In this document: positions 11,701 to 21,327 of the stretch, piece by piece
Layout of the letters: each line of letters starts with the position of its first letter
Position numbering within the stretch: the stretch's first letter is position 1
DNA from: a bacterium
GTDB lineage: Bacteria > Margulisbacteria > WOR-1 > O2-12-FULL-45-9 > XYB2-FULL-48-7
Reading direction: 5' to 3'
DNA length: 64,000 nucleotides
Assembly (NCBI GenBank): GCA_043812655.1
Contig: JBDRLW010000008.1
Coordinates: 58,384 to 122,383, forward strand
Notes under the pieces: model-generated
Databases searched by the model: none
Told to the model about the DNA's origin: nothing
The model's input: the letters and a program-made list of their open reading frames with translations, nothing else
Translations under genes and position numbers: made by a program

Positions 11701-13010
11701 AATGTAAAAACCTCCTTGCCCACTACTTTATTGATCTTCGCTTTAGCCACTACCAGGTCAAACAATGTTTGTAAATAATTGATCTTAGCTTGGGTCAGCG
11801 CTACCTGGGCATCGATCACTTCAATGTTGGTCCCCGCCCCGGAATAATACCTAACACTTGAGGCCTTTAAACTCTCGTCAGCAAACCCGACCGCTTTCTG
11901 CGCTGAACCGATCGTTTCGCCAGCCGTCTGCAAATCCAAGAACGCTTCCCTGACTTCGAGCGCGATATTTAGCTTGATCTGCTCTTCGGTCGCTGTCTGG
12001 GCGGCAAGATTAGCCGAGGCCTCTTTAATTTTGTTGTGGGTCATCAAGCCATCGAACAGTGTCCAAGAAGCCACGCCGGTAACATTCCAGGAATTAACAT
12101 CAGAATTAAAGCCGGTATAAGACTGACCCCGGTAGCCGGTCGATCCGGTCAAAAAGACTGTCGGCAAATAACCGGTCTTGGCCAATGTCACATCGTCTTC
12201 GGCCGTTTTCTTGGTCAGATCAAATTGCCGCCAGTCGGGACGGTAAGCATAGGCCTGGTCAAGCAAAGCATTAAAATCAACGGTTTTCGGTAAAACCGCG
12301 TTAACGTCTTCAACTAAACTAACCTCGGTCTCCATCGGCCGGGCCAAAATAATATTAAAAGAATTTTTGGCCAGCTCGAGCATGTTTTTTGCTTTGGTCA
12401 AAGATACTTCATAATTAGTGACCTGGACTTCCGCCCGAAGGTAATCTGTTTTAGCTACCACGCCATTGCGCTGCATCGTTTCAACCTGGGCCAAATGTGA
12501 CCTGGCGCTCTTTAGGGATTCATCTTGCAGTTTTACGTACCTATCGGCCGCCAACAATTGGAAATAAGCGGCTGTCACATTATATTCTGTCTCCTGGATG
12601 GTTCTCCTTAGGTCTTCACTGGCGATATCTTTAGCTTTCCGCATCATCGCATAGCCGGGGAAAAGCCCAGCCACAAACAACGGCTGGTTAAAGGAAGCCG
12701 AGAGCGCTTTATTTGTATTAATTTCACTTGTCCCAACGATAAAATCATTTGTCACTCCACCGATCGTGAACTGCATGATCGACGGCTGGGTATAGGCGTT
12801 GCTGTAGCTCCCATCGATCTTAACTGTTGGGAAGAAAGCGCCTACCGCTTGGTTTAGCTTGGCTTCAGCCGCCGTTAATTTATTCTGCGCCGCCTTAACT
12901 GAAAAGTTATGGCGCAAAGCAATTTCGGTACTTTCTTTAAGAGTTAGGGCGGAAGAAGCCAGGGCTAAGATCAGCAGAATATAAGCAGCGGAAAATAGTA
13001 TTTTTCTCAT
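11697..13010 (-). CDS. TolC-family outer-membrane channel
   Basis: Signal peptide from MRKILF (13010); two OEP repeats (AYFQLL; AFLDL..GAGTNIEVIDAQ). Confidence 0.88.
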   Translation of the reverse strand: MRKILFSAAYILLILALASSALTLKESTEIALRHNFSVKAAQNKLTAAEAKLNQAVGAFFPTVKIDGSYSNAYTQPSIMQFTIGGVTNDFIVGTSEINTNKALSASFNQPLFVAGLFPGYAMMRKAKDIASEDLRRTIQETEYNVTAAYFQLLAADRYVKLQDESLKSARSHLAQVETMQRNGVVAKTDYLRAEVQVTNYEVSLTKAKNMLELAKNSFNIILARPMETEVSLVEDVNAVLPKTVDFNALLDQAYAYRPDWRQFDLTKKTAEDDVTLAKTGYLPTVFLTGSTGYRGQSYTGFNSDVNSWNVTGVASWTLFDGLMTHNKIKEASANLAAQTATEEQIKLNIALEVREAFLDLQTAGETIGSAQKAVGFADESLKASSVRYYSGAGTNIEVIDAQVALTQAKINYLQTLFDLVVAKAKINKVVGKEVFTL

Positions 13011-13051
13011 ATGCGGTAATTTTACAACAAAACCAGAGAGAATAAAAGCGG

Positions 13052-14002
13052 TTAAACCACGTCGGTAACGCAGGTCCGGTAAAATTGGGTGTATTTGTCC
13101 TTGTCGGGGCCGGAACGCAGGGCGATCGCCGAACGGGGATGCATATTTAATACTCCGGTGACCATATATGGAATAATGTAACCCCATTCAATTTTTCCCC
13201 GCAAAGGGATCATCTCTTCTTCGATCACTTCCAAGACCGGTTCAAGCTTGAATTTTGGGTTTTTCAGGAAAGCCACCAGCAATTCCAGCGGGCAATTGCC
13301 GGGGCCGCGCCCGATCCCAAAGATCGTCGCGTCAAGATAATTAGCCCCTTTCCTGATCGCTTCGATCGTGTTGGCAAACCCCAGCTGTTGGTTGTTGTGC
13401 GTGTGGATGCCAACCTCGATCCCTTTCGGCTGTAAACATTTTTTATAAAGATTGACTAAAAAGTGGATCTGTTCGGAAAATAAAGCGCCATAACTGTCAA
13501 CGATATAAACCGCCTTAACTGGTGATTTAGCTAATTCGCTCAAACCTTCTTCAAGATCGGGAATAAGGGCGGTCGAGATCGCCATGATATTAACAGTTGT
13601 TTCGTAACCCTTGGCATGAAAATGATTGGTGTAATCGATCGCCTTATCAATATCCTTGACATAACAGGCGGTCCGTATGAGGTCAACCGCGCTCTCCTTC
13701 TTAGGCTTGATCTCCTCAAGTTCCACCCGCCCGATATCTACCATAGTGGCAATCTTAGCGCCGTTCTCTACACCAGCGGTCATCTCCCGGATAAAGTCGT
13801 CATCGCAAAATTTGCTCCGGCCGAATTTATCGGGTGAATATTGTTTTTTAGAGAGCTGATAGCCTAATTCAACATAATCAACACCAGCCAGCGAACAGGC
13901 TCGGTAAACCGCCTTGACCAGTCTGTCTGAAAATTGGTGGTCATTGATCAACCCGCCGTCGCGGATCGTGCAATCGATAACTTTTATTTCTGGTCGGTAC
14001 AT
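13052..14002 (-). CDS. DRE-TIM metallolyase (4-hydroxy-2-oxovalerate aldolase-like / HMGL-like)
   Basis: DCTIRDGG, HTHNNQQL and GIGRGPGN motifs. Confidence 0.8.
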   Translation of the reverse strand: MYRPEIKVIDCTIRDGGLINDHQFSDRLVKAVYRACSLAGVDYVELGYQLSKKQYSPDKFGRSKFCDDDFIREMTAGVENGAKIATMVDIGRVELEEIKPKKESAVDLIRTACYVKDIDKAIDYTNHFHAKGYETTVNIMAISTALIPDLEEGLSELAKSPVKAVYIVDSYGALFSEQIHFLVNLYKKCLQPKGIEVGIHTHNNQQLGFANTIEAIRKGANYLDATIFGIGRGPGNCPLELLVAFLKNPKFKLEPVLEVIEEEMIPLRGKIEWGYIIPYMVTGVLNMHPRSAIALRSGPDKDKYTQFYRTCVTDVV

Positions 14003-14075
14003 CTCTTTATTATAGCCTATTTAGAGAAAAATCGGAAGTGGAAATCTATGGGGCTCGTGCTTCCATTATTATTCG

Positions 14076-14591
14076 CTAATCCTTCCAAATGCGTTTTTTT
14101 ACTTCTATTTCTATTTCTTCGGTTGGATACATTTCATCTACAATTTCATCCGGTTCAAACCACAACTTTATCTCATGCTCCGCCTCCTCTTCATTCGCTG
14201 AACAATGAAGAACATTTTCAAACAAACCAGCGGAAGTTATTCTGCCATACTGCCCCCTGATGCTTGTCGGCTCTGCCAGCTCTGGATTTGTGACCCCGGC
14301 AAGCTGCCTCACCTTCTCAATCGCGTCCTCACCCCTATAAACAAAGACTAACACCCTACGATAGGGTTCGCCATGAAGTTCACCGCGAAGATAGCGGATC
14401 ACTTCATCAAAAAAAGGCTTGTCTTTCAGATGCGCATAGTGCTTTTCTGCCAACTCCCTTGAAACCTGCGCGACTTTTGCTCCAACGATACGCAGCTTAG
14501 TCTCTGATAATCTGGTCAGGATGTTCCCAGTTAATGATTTTTTCAATCCATCAGGCTTGATCACAACTAATGTTTGCTGGAATTCTTCCAT
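14076..14591 (-). CDS. ndk: Nucleoside-diphosphate kinase
   Basis: TLVVIKPDG, PTSIRGQYG and NVLHCS motifs. Confidence 0.92.
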   Translation of the reverse strand: MEEFQQTLVVIKPDGLKKSLTGNILTRLSETKLRIVGAKVAQVSRELAEKHYAHLKDKPFFDEVIRYLRGELHGEPYRRVLVFVYRGEDAIEKVRQLAGVTNPELAEPTSIRGQYGRITSAGLFENVLHCSANEEEAEHEIKLWFEPDEIVDEMYPTEEIEIEVKKRIWKD

Positions 14592-14658
14592 TATTATCCC
14601 CCTTTAAAAAATAGGCAAAGCCGGCCACATAAATTTTCTGGCCAACTTTAATTCGGTG

Positions 14659-14790
14659 TCAATTATATACCCTCGCGATATCTCCAGCAATAATTCAGAT
14701 GTCAATTTGTCCCCTGTCGATTATTTCATGGATCAAAAAATCAATTAGCAATTTGCTCCCATGGATATCACTGGTTGTGGCAATTTTTAT
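14659..14790 (-). pseudogene. Metallophosphoesterase N-terminal remnant
   Basis: Hand translation IKIATTSDIHGSK...GQIDI*IIAGDIARVYN*. Has DxH and GD motifs, an internal TGA, no start codon, and is truncated. Confidence 0.6.
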
Positions 14791-14801
14791 TCCAGGCTAC
14801 C

Positions 14802-15176
14802 TTATTTTTCAACGACTTTCTCGACCTGCCACTCATCCGTAACCCAAAGACCAACGATATTAACTAAAGGTCTTAAACATTTCACCCTTTCCACCGCCTG
14901 GACAATTTGCTTTCTGTGCATTCCCTGATCAACCGGATTGCCTGCACAATCATGGTGCCCAACAACAAATACTTGGCTGGATCCGTGTTTTTTGACGGAA
15001 ACGTCTATCTTTTTCAGTATATTTTCTATTGGGTATCTCTCATCCACAAGAATCCCGTTCATTCCGGGTTCTGTGATCATGTCAACATAATCAACACCAT
15101 AATTATCTTTTATCCAGTGTATAACCGGCGATTGGACCCGGCCATCGATACAATTCAGGCAGGTGGCAAAACTCAT
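14802..15176 (-). CDS. Putative small beta-type carbonic anhydrase
   Basis: CIDGR and HHDCAG zinc-ligand motifs. Confidence 0.75.
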   Translation of the reverse strand: MSFATCLNCIDGRVQSPVIHWIKDNYGVDYVDMITEPGMNGILVDERYPIENILKKIDVSVKKHGSSQVFVVGHHDCAGNPVDQGMHRKQIVQAVERVKCLRPLVNIVGLWVTDEWQVEKVVEK

Positions 15177-16054
15177 TTCGTTAAAAGCTCAAGAATACTT
15201 AGATATTTTTTGGACGTTTCGGCTATTATCTCTTCAGGCAGTTCAGGTGCAGGCGGTTTTTTATTCCATTCCAAAGATTCAAGATAATCACGCACATACT
15301 GCTTATCGAAACTGGGTTGGCCTTTCCCCGGAGCGTATTCATCTTTTGGCCAGAACCGCGAAGAATCGGGAGTTAAGGCTTCATCAATAAGAATGATTTC
15401 TTCGCCAATTGTACCAAATTCAAACTTGGTATCAGCAATGATGATGCCTTCTGTTTCAGCATATTCGCTTGCTGTTTGATAGAGCGCAACGCTTAATTCT
15501 TTAAGTTTACTTGCCAGCGTTTTCCCAAGCTCTTTTTCAATGTATCCCTGGGTAACATTGATATCGTGCCCTACCTCTTCCTTGGTGGACGGGGTAAAAA
15601 TTGGCTCTGGCAATTTGTCCGATTCCTTCAGTCCCGCGGGCAGCTTAATGCCGCAAACGGACTGGCTTTCCTGATATTCTTTCCAGCCCGAACCGGAAAG
15701 ATATCCTCTAACCACGCATTCCACCGGCACGGCTTTCGCTTTTCTAACCAGCATGGATCGGTTTTCAAGTATTGGCTTATACGCCATTAACTCTTGAGGG
15801 TAATCATCCACATCAGCCGTGATAAGATGGTTGGCTATCAAGCCGCTGGTATATTCAAACCAGAATAAAGATAGTTTCGTTAAGACTTCGCCTTTATGAG
15901 GTATTTCCGAGGGTAAAACCACGTCAAAGCAGGAAATACGGTCCGTCGAAATGACTAAAAGTTTGTCGCCTAAATCATAAACATCCCTGACTTTACCTCT
16001 TTTAAATAAATCTATCTCGGTAAGATTAGTTTTGCGCAAGGTTTTTTCAGCCAT
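15173..16054 (-). CDS. purC: SAICAR synthetase
   Basis: GKVRDVY, IIADTKFEFG and TPDSSRFW motifs. Confidence 0.95.
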   Translation of the reverse strand: MAEKTLRKTNLTEIDLFKRGKVRDVYDLGDKLLVISTDRISCFDVVLPSEIPHKGEVLTKLSLFWFEYTSGLIANHLITADVDDYPQELMAYKPILENRSMLVRKAKAVPVECVVRGYLSGSGWKEYQESQSVCGIKLPAGLKESDKLPEPIFTPSTKEEVGHDINVTQGYIEKELGKTLASKLKELSVALYQTASEYAETEGIIIADTKFEFGTIGEEIILIDEALTPDSSRFWPKDEYAPGKGQPSFDKQYVRDYLESLEWNKKPPAPELPEEIIAETSKKYLSILELLTK

Positions 16055-16071
16055 TTAAGCTCGCCTCCTTT

Positions 16072-17841
16072 TTATTTTAAATATTCGGCTAAGAGATTTA
16101 ATTCATCCCGCAATTCCCAGGGAAGGCGCTGCCCGAAAGTCTCGAATATTTTGCGGATGTCTTCAATTTCCGGCCCCCATTCCTCTATTTTTACCTCAAA
16201 TAGTTTTGCCAGCTTATCTTGCGGAATATCTAGACCGGTTAAGTCAAGGTCTTTCATTTCGGGAATCAAGCCTATCGGTGTTTCTTTCGCGTCAACCTTA
16301 TTATTGGCTCGATCAACTATCCATTTTAAGACCCGAATGTTCTCGCCAAAACCCGGCCAGATGAATTTGCCCTTATCGTCAACTCTAAACCAATTAACGG
16401 AGAAAATTTTAGGGGGGTGGGATAATTTATTTCCAAAGTTAAGCCAGTGGCCAAAATAATCTCCCATATTGTAGCCGCAGAAGGGAAGCATAGCCATCGG
16501 GTCTCTGCGCAACACTCCCTCCTGATGAATGGCCGCGGCGGTCGTTTCCGATCCCATCCTCGCCCCCAGAAAAACCCCATGCCGCCAATTAAGACTTTCA
16601 ACTACTAGGGGAATAAGGCGGGTCCTTTTCCCGCCAAATATAATGGCCGAGATCGGTACCCCCTTAGGATTGTCAAATTCAGAAGATAATGTGGATGAAT
16701 GGGTAATAGAAACGGTAAAGCGAGAATTCGGATGAGCCACTTTCGTTCCCGAAGCTTTATCCCAGCGCTTCCCCTGCCAATCCAGCAGATTCTTTGGCAC
16801 CGGGCCATCCATCCCTTCCCACCACGGCTCATTGGTATCTAAATTTAATCCTGTATTGGTAAAGAGCGTGGGATAGAACGGCCCTTTCTTCAAGGATCTC
16901 AACATGTTAGGATTAGTTTTCATTGATGTTCCCGGAGCCACGCCAAACAAGCCAACTTCCGGATTAATCGCCCAGAGTCGCCCATCGGGACCAATGTTCA
17001 ACCAAGCAATATCATCTCCCAGCGTCCAAACTTTATAACCGGGAAGCGCCGATTCCAACATCGCCAGGTTGGTTTTACCGCAAGCGCTGGGAAGGGCAGC
17101 TGTCACATAGGTAACGTTGCCTTCCGGATCTTCTATCCCAATGATCACCATGTGTTCTGCCAGCCAGCCTTCTTTCAGCCCCAACCAGGAAGCAATCCTC
17201 AAAGAAAAGCATTTTTTACCGAGCAGAGCGTTACCCCCATAACCGGAACCAATGCTCCAAACAAATTGCTCATCAGGAAAATGCATGATAAAGCGCTTAT
17301 TGGGATCGAAATCCCCAACCGAATGCAGCCCTTTAACAAAATTGTCCTGATTCCCTATCTTATCTAAAACATTCTTTCCCATGCGAGTCATGATCCTCAT
17401 ACTGATCGCAACGTAAGACACGTCTGTAAGTTGGATACAGGCTTTAGCGTAGGGAGAATCAGGATGGCCCATCATGTACGGCAGGACATACATTGTTCTG
17501 CCTTGCATACAACCATCTGAAAGTTTGGTCATCAACTGCTTGGCTTCTCGTGGCTCCATCCAATTGTTGTTCGGCCCAGCCAGATCTTTATCGGGGTGAC
17601 AAACATAGGTCAGGTGTTCGGTCCTAGCCACATCGGTAGAATGACTCCGGTGAAAATACGAATTCGGCCAGGCCTTTTGGTTTAATTCATGAAAGATCGG
17701 ATTATCGCCGATCTTTTCTTCTTTCATGCCAATCTCGACAAGTTTATGAGCTTCCTCTTCCGATCCGTCGCACCAGTAAATTTTGTCCGGTTTGGCCAGT
17801 CTTGCCTGCTCTTCAACCCATCTTTCAACTTGTGTAACCAT
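16072..17841 (-). CDS. pckG: Phosphoenolpyruvate carboxykinase (GTP)
   Basis: GYGGNALLGKKC, PSACGKTNLAM and DPMAMLPFCGYN motifs. Confidence 0.95.
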   Translation of the reverse strand: MVTQVERWVEEQARLAKPDKIYWCDGSEEEAHKLVEIGMKEEKIGDNPIFHELNQKAWPNSYFHRSHSTDVARTEHLTYVCHPDKDLAGPNNNWMEPREAKQLMTKLSDGCMQGRTMYVLPYMMGHPDSPYAKACIQLTDVSYVAISMRIMTRMGKNVLDKIGNQDNFVKGLHSVGDFDPNKRFIMHFPDEQFVWSIGSGYGGNALLGKKCFSLRIASWLGLKEGWLAEHMVIIGIEDPEGNVTYVTAALPSACGKTNLAMLESALPGYKVWTLGDDIAWLNIGPDGRLWAINPEVGLFGVAPGTSMKTNPNMLRSLKKGPFYPTLFTNTGLNLDTNEPWWEGMDGPVPKNLLDWQGKRWDKASGTKVAHPNSRFTVSITHSSTLSSEFDNPKGVPISAIIFGGKRTRLIPLVVESLNWRHGVFLGARMGSETTAAAIHQEGVLRRDPMAMLPFCGYNMGDYFGHWLNFGNKLSHPPKIFSVNWFRVDDKGKFIWPGFGENIRVLKWIVDRANNKVDAKETPIGLIPEMKDLDLTGLDIPQDKLAKLFEVKIEEWGPEIEDIRKIFETFGQRLPWELRDELNLLAEYLK

Positions 17842-17852
17842 GTTCCCTCCTT

Positions 17853-17987
17853 AAAAAACAAAAAAGCCAACACATTTTTTCTGTGTTGGCTTACATTTCA
17901 ACAGACTCCCCGCGCATAAATTAGGGCGTCCTTTGACCTATCTGCCTGAATCTACCTAATGATAAAGGATTCTTATTTTTTCGTCAA
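17853..17987 (-). promoter_or_regulatory. pckG promoter and structured 5' leader ending in an intrinsic terminator (attenuator, candidate cis-regulatory RNA)
   Basis: TTGACG 17987-17982, 17 bp spacer, TATCAT 17964-17959. Stem TTCAG(G)CAGA/TCTGTTGAA spans 17950-17897. Terminator AAGCCAACACA/TGTGTTGGCTT plus U-tract lies directly before SD AAGGAGG. Confidence 0.7.
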
Positions 17988-18358
17988 GCGAACTTTTCTT
18001 CAATATTTTCTGAAACAGCAAAAATGATAACACGTTCCCCAACGCTTGTACTTATATCGGTATGCAGGCTGATTACCTTGGCGCCGGTTATATCAGCAAT
18101 TATTTGCTCCAAAAGGACCTTGGCGTCTTCAAGCAGTCTAATGCGAACCTGTTTGATCAATAATTTGCCTTCCTGGCTCTTTGCCAATTGCTGTTCCGCT
18201 AGAGTCAAAACACCTTTAAGGCGCACAAGAACCATATCCTGAATAAGAAAAGCCCTCACTTCCTTGGGGCCTCTCCCCATATATTCCTGCTCGAATTTAA
18301 TGAAGGCCTTACTTATTTCGTCCTCAGTTTGGCCTTTGGTTTTCTTATTCATATTCAT
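17984..18358 (-). CDS. DUF2294 / MpsC-family protein
   Basis: TKGQTEDEIS, EQEYMGRGP, LKGVLTLAEQQL and SLHTDIST..GERVIIF motifs. Confidence 0.85.
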   Translation of the reverse strand: MNMNKKTKGQTEDEISKAFIKFEQEYMGRGPKEVRAFLIQDMVLVRLKGVLTLAEQQLAKSQEGKLLIKQVRIRLLEDAKVLLEQIIADITGAKVISLHTDISTSVGERVIIFAVSENIEEKFA

Positions 18359-20817
18359 AATTTGTTAAGCAGCATTCTTGTTTTCGAGGCTTCTTTCACG
18401 ATCTTCTTTGCCAAAGCCACAGCGCCGACAGCATCAAGGCTATAGGTCGCGCCGATCCGGTCGGCATAACCTTGGGTCACGACCGCGCCGCCGACCAACA
18501 GAGGGATATCAAGCCCTGCGGCCTTGAGTTCATCTTTCACTACGCCCATTTCCACCATTGTCGTGGTCAATAAAGCGGAAAGCGCAATTGCATTCGGTTT
18601 TTCTTTTTTGGCCGCGGCGATAATTTTCTCCGGCGGGACATCCTTCCCTAGATCAATAACGATAAAACCATGGTTTTCGAGCATCATTTTAACGATGTTC
18701 TTGCCAATGTCGTGAATATCACCTTTGACCGTGGCTAGAATGACTTTGCCAGTTGATTTAGTCTCATCTTTGGGGATTCGCGCTTTACATAACTCAAAAC
18801 CGCTCGCCATCGCTTCGGCCGCTTCGATCACTTGCGGCAGATAAAATTCTTTTTTATTGAACTTTTTGCCAACGACTTCCATCCCCGGGATCAAACCTTC
18901 ATCAATGATCTTCTGCGGTTTCACTTTTTTTTCTAATGCTTGCGTAACAAGGGTAATAACCGCTTCCTTATTTCCCTGGATGACCATTTTCTCAACTTCT
19001 TTTAAAGCCGTAAATTTTAATTCTTTAACCACAACCTCACGTTTCTTCTCTCCGGGTAGCCCTAGCCTCCGCACCTTATCCACTTCCGCCTTAAACGCTT
19101 TTAGCAACTCTTCTCTACCTTCTGCCTTTTTCCCCTTTCTTTGTCCATCGCCTGTGCCTATCGCCTTTTTTATTTCTTTGTCGGTTACATCAATGATCGC
19201 GCCGTCAAGGCCATAGGCGATCGCTAGCTTCAAATAAAGAGCATTGATCTTTGAACGGCCGGGCAGTCCATGCGAAACATTGCTAACGCCTAATATAGTT
19301 CGCACGCCAAATTGGGCTTTGACCAGCGGAATGGCCTTGAGCGCTTCTAAACAACCGGTGATCCCCACCCCGGCGGTCATGACCAGATTATCAACATAAA
19401 TATCTTCTCTTTTTATTCCCAATGCCGCGGCCGACTGGATGATCCGTTCCGCGATCCGCAAGCGATCGGCAACATTCTCCGGCATTCCCCGTTCATCAAG
19501 CGCCAGGGCAATAATGGCCGCTCCGTATTTTTTGGCTAAAGGCAGGACTCTTTCGAGCGTCTCTTTTTTTCCGTTAACAGAATTAAGGAGTGCCCGACCA
19601 CAAAAAGTTTTGAGTCCCATTTCGAGAGCCGCCACGCTTGGGCTATCTATCGAAAGAGGCAGATCCGAAGTCGCTTGGACTGTTTTCACCCCTTTTCCCA
19701 TCACTTTCGATTCAATGACATCGGGAACAGAAACATTAACATCTAAAAGATCGGCGCCAGCTTTTGTCTGGTCAACCGCTTCCTGCCTGATTATTTGGGT
19801 TTTCCCCTCTTTAATTTCCGCTTGAAAGATTTTCCTGCCGGTCGGGTTTATCCTTTCTCCGACCAGTACAGGAACGCCAGGCTTCACTTCAACAATCCTA
19901 GTCCGGCTAGCAAATTTTGGGTTTTGGATTTTGGATTTTATTTGGATTTTGGATTTTGGGATTTGGATTTTTACTTCCCTGATGTGTCCCGGATTCGTCC
20001 CACAACACCCGCCAATGATCTTGACGCCTAACTTCGCAAATTTAACCGCAAACGAGCCAAACTGTTTTGGCGTCATTTTATAGACCGCCTTATCGCCAAC
20101 TAATTCCGGCATCCCGGCGTTCGGCATGACCATTACTGGCAGATTAGAAACCGCTTGATATTTTTTCACGACTCGAAGGAGACCTTCAGGACCAGTTGAA
20201 CAATTAGCGGAAACAATATCGATCCCTAAAGCTTCAAGGACGACGACTGCCGCTTCCGGCGGTGTGCCGTAAATCGTCTTTTCCCCATCATCAAAAGTCA
20301 TACTGGCAATGATCGGCAATTTAGTTTCATTTTTGGCCGCGATCACTGCCGCTCTCATCTCTTGCAGGTCAGAGATCGTTTCGATCGATAAGGCATCAAC
20401 CCCCCCCTCTTCCAGCGCCTTCGCCTGCTCAGCAAAGATCTCATAGGCCTGATCAAAGGTTATTTCTCCCAATGGCTCCAGCATTTTTCCAAGCGGGCCG
20501 ATCGATCCGCAGACAAAACCCTTTGCCCCGATCGCTTCCCTGGCAATTTTAGCCGCCGCGATATTAACTTCTCTAACCTGGTCGCCTAAATAATAATCGG
20601 ATAATTTTAGCTTATTAGCGCCAAATGTATTAGTTTCAATAATATCGGCTCCAGCTTTCACGTAACCCTGGTGGACTTCCTTAACCTTATCTGGATTTTT
20701 AAGATTTTGCGCGTCAAAACATTCTTCTGGCCGAACACCCCTGTTCATCAGCTCCGTCCCCATCGCGCCGTCAATAACCAAGATCTTTTTATTTAATTCT
20801 TCTAAAAACCTATTCAC
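18355..20817 (-). CDS. metH: Cobalamin-dependent methionine synthase (homocysteine, pterin and B12-binding domains; no reactivation domain)
   Basis: DGAMGT, GGCCGT, GERINPTG and GDIHDIGKNIV motifs. Confidence 0.88.
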   Translation of the reverse strand: MNRFLEELNKKILVIDGAMGTELMNRGVRPEECFDAQNLKNPDKVKEVHQGYVKAGADIIETNTFGANKLKLSDYYLGDQVREVNIAAAKIAREAIGAKGFVCGSIGPLGKMLEPLGEITFDQAYEIFAEQAKALEEGGVDALSIETISDLQEMRAAVIAAKNETKLPIIASMTFDDGEKTIYGTPPEAAVVVLEALGIDIVSANCSTGPEGLLRVVKKYQAVSNLPVMVMPNAGMPELVGDKAVYKMTPKQFGSFAVKFAKLGVKIIGGCCGTNPGHIREVKIQIPKSKIQIKSKIQNPKFASRTRIVEVKPGVPVLVGERINPTGRKIFQAEIKEGKTQIIRQEAVDQTKAGADLLDVNVSVPDVIESKVMGKGVKTVQATSDLPLSIDSPSVAALEMGLKTFCGRALLNSVNGKKETLERVLPLAKKYGAAIIALALDERGMPENVADRLRIAERIIQSAAALGIKREDIYVDNLVMTAGVGITGCLEALKAIPLVKAQFGVRTILGVSNVSHGLPGRSKINALYLKLAIAYGLDGAIIDVTDKEIKKAIGTGDGQRKGKKAEGREELLKAFKAEVDKVRRLGLPGEKKREVVVKELKFTALKEVEKMVIQGNKEAVITLVTQALEKKVKPQKIIDEGLIPGMEVVGKKFNKKEFYLPQVIEAAEAMASGFELCKARIPKDETKSTGKVILATVKGDIHDIGKNIVKMMLENHGFIVIDLGKDVPPEKIIAAAKKEKPNAIALSALLTTTMVEMGVVKDELKAAGLDIPLLVGGAVVTQGYADRIGATYSLDAVGAVALAKKIVKEASKTRMLLNKL
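19914..19972. repeat. Heptamer tandem array (TTTTGGA)n, in frame within metH
   Basis: About 8 imperfect units; encodes KIQIPKSKIQIKSKIQNPKF in an inter-domain linker. Confidence 0.9.
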
Positions 20818-21223
20818 CGGGAATCCTCCTCATCACATACGCGTCTTCACCATCAGCATAATAAGCTTTTCTGGTACTGATCACTTCAAACCCATATTTC
20901 TGGTAGATCTTTTTGGCCGATTCATTCGACACTCTAACTTCCAAGAAAAACACTTCATCTTCATTCAAAACATGCTGCATCAATCTTTTACCGACGCCTT
21001 TACCACGATAATTCGGGTCAACCGCCATATTTATGATATGGACTTCGTCCAATATTTTTTCCACGCCAATGTAACCAACGATCTTTTCATCGTCTCTTGC
21101 AACCAAGTATTTGTGTTCATCTTCCCTAAAAACCGCTTCCGGCTTGGGAAAATTAAAAGAATTCTTTTCAATCGCTACAACCGCCGGGATATCCTTATCT
21201 TTCATGGGAGTAATAGTGATCAT
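20810..21223 (-). CDS. rimI: Ribosomal-protein-alanine N-acetyltransferase
   Basis: AVDPNYRGKGVG, LEVRVSN and RKAYYADGEDA motifs. Confidence 0.88.
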   Translation of the reverse strand: MITITPMKDKDIPAVVAIEKNSFNFPKPEAVFREDEHKYLVARDDEKIVGYIGVEKILDEVHIINMAVDPNYRGKGVGKRLMQHVLNEDEVFFLEVRVSNESAKKIYQKYGFEVISTRKAYYADGEDAYVMRRIPGE

Positions 21224-21268
21224 AGTAGATAAAATTATAGCATAAACTAATAAAAGCTGATTACAATA

Positions 21269-21298
21269 TAAAACCCCACAATTAATTGTGGGGTTTTA
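21269..21298. repeat. Perfect palindrome family ACCCCACAATTAATTGTGGGGT, copy 1
   Basis: 30 bp perfect palindrome; identical 22 bp core at 50890-50921 and 63297-63330. Confidence 0.9.
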
Positions 21299-21327
21299 CC
21301 CTTCTCTTATGTTAATGATTAAAAGAT

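Noticed and set aside
14659..14790. Selenocysteine or stop-codon reassignment at the in-frame TGA
   Set aside because: The fragment has no start and is truncated, and TGA is used as a normal stop throughout the window.
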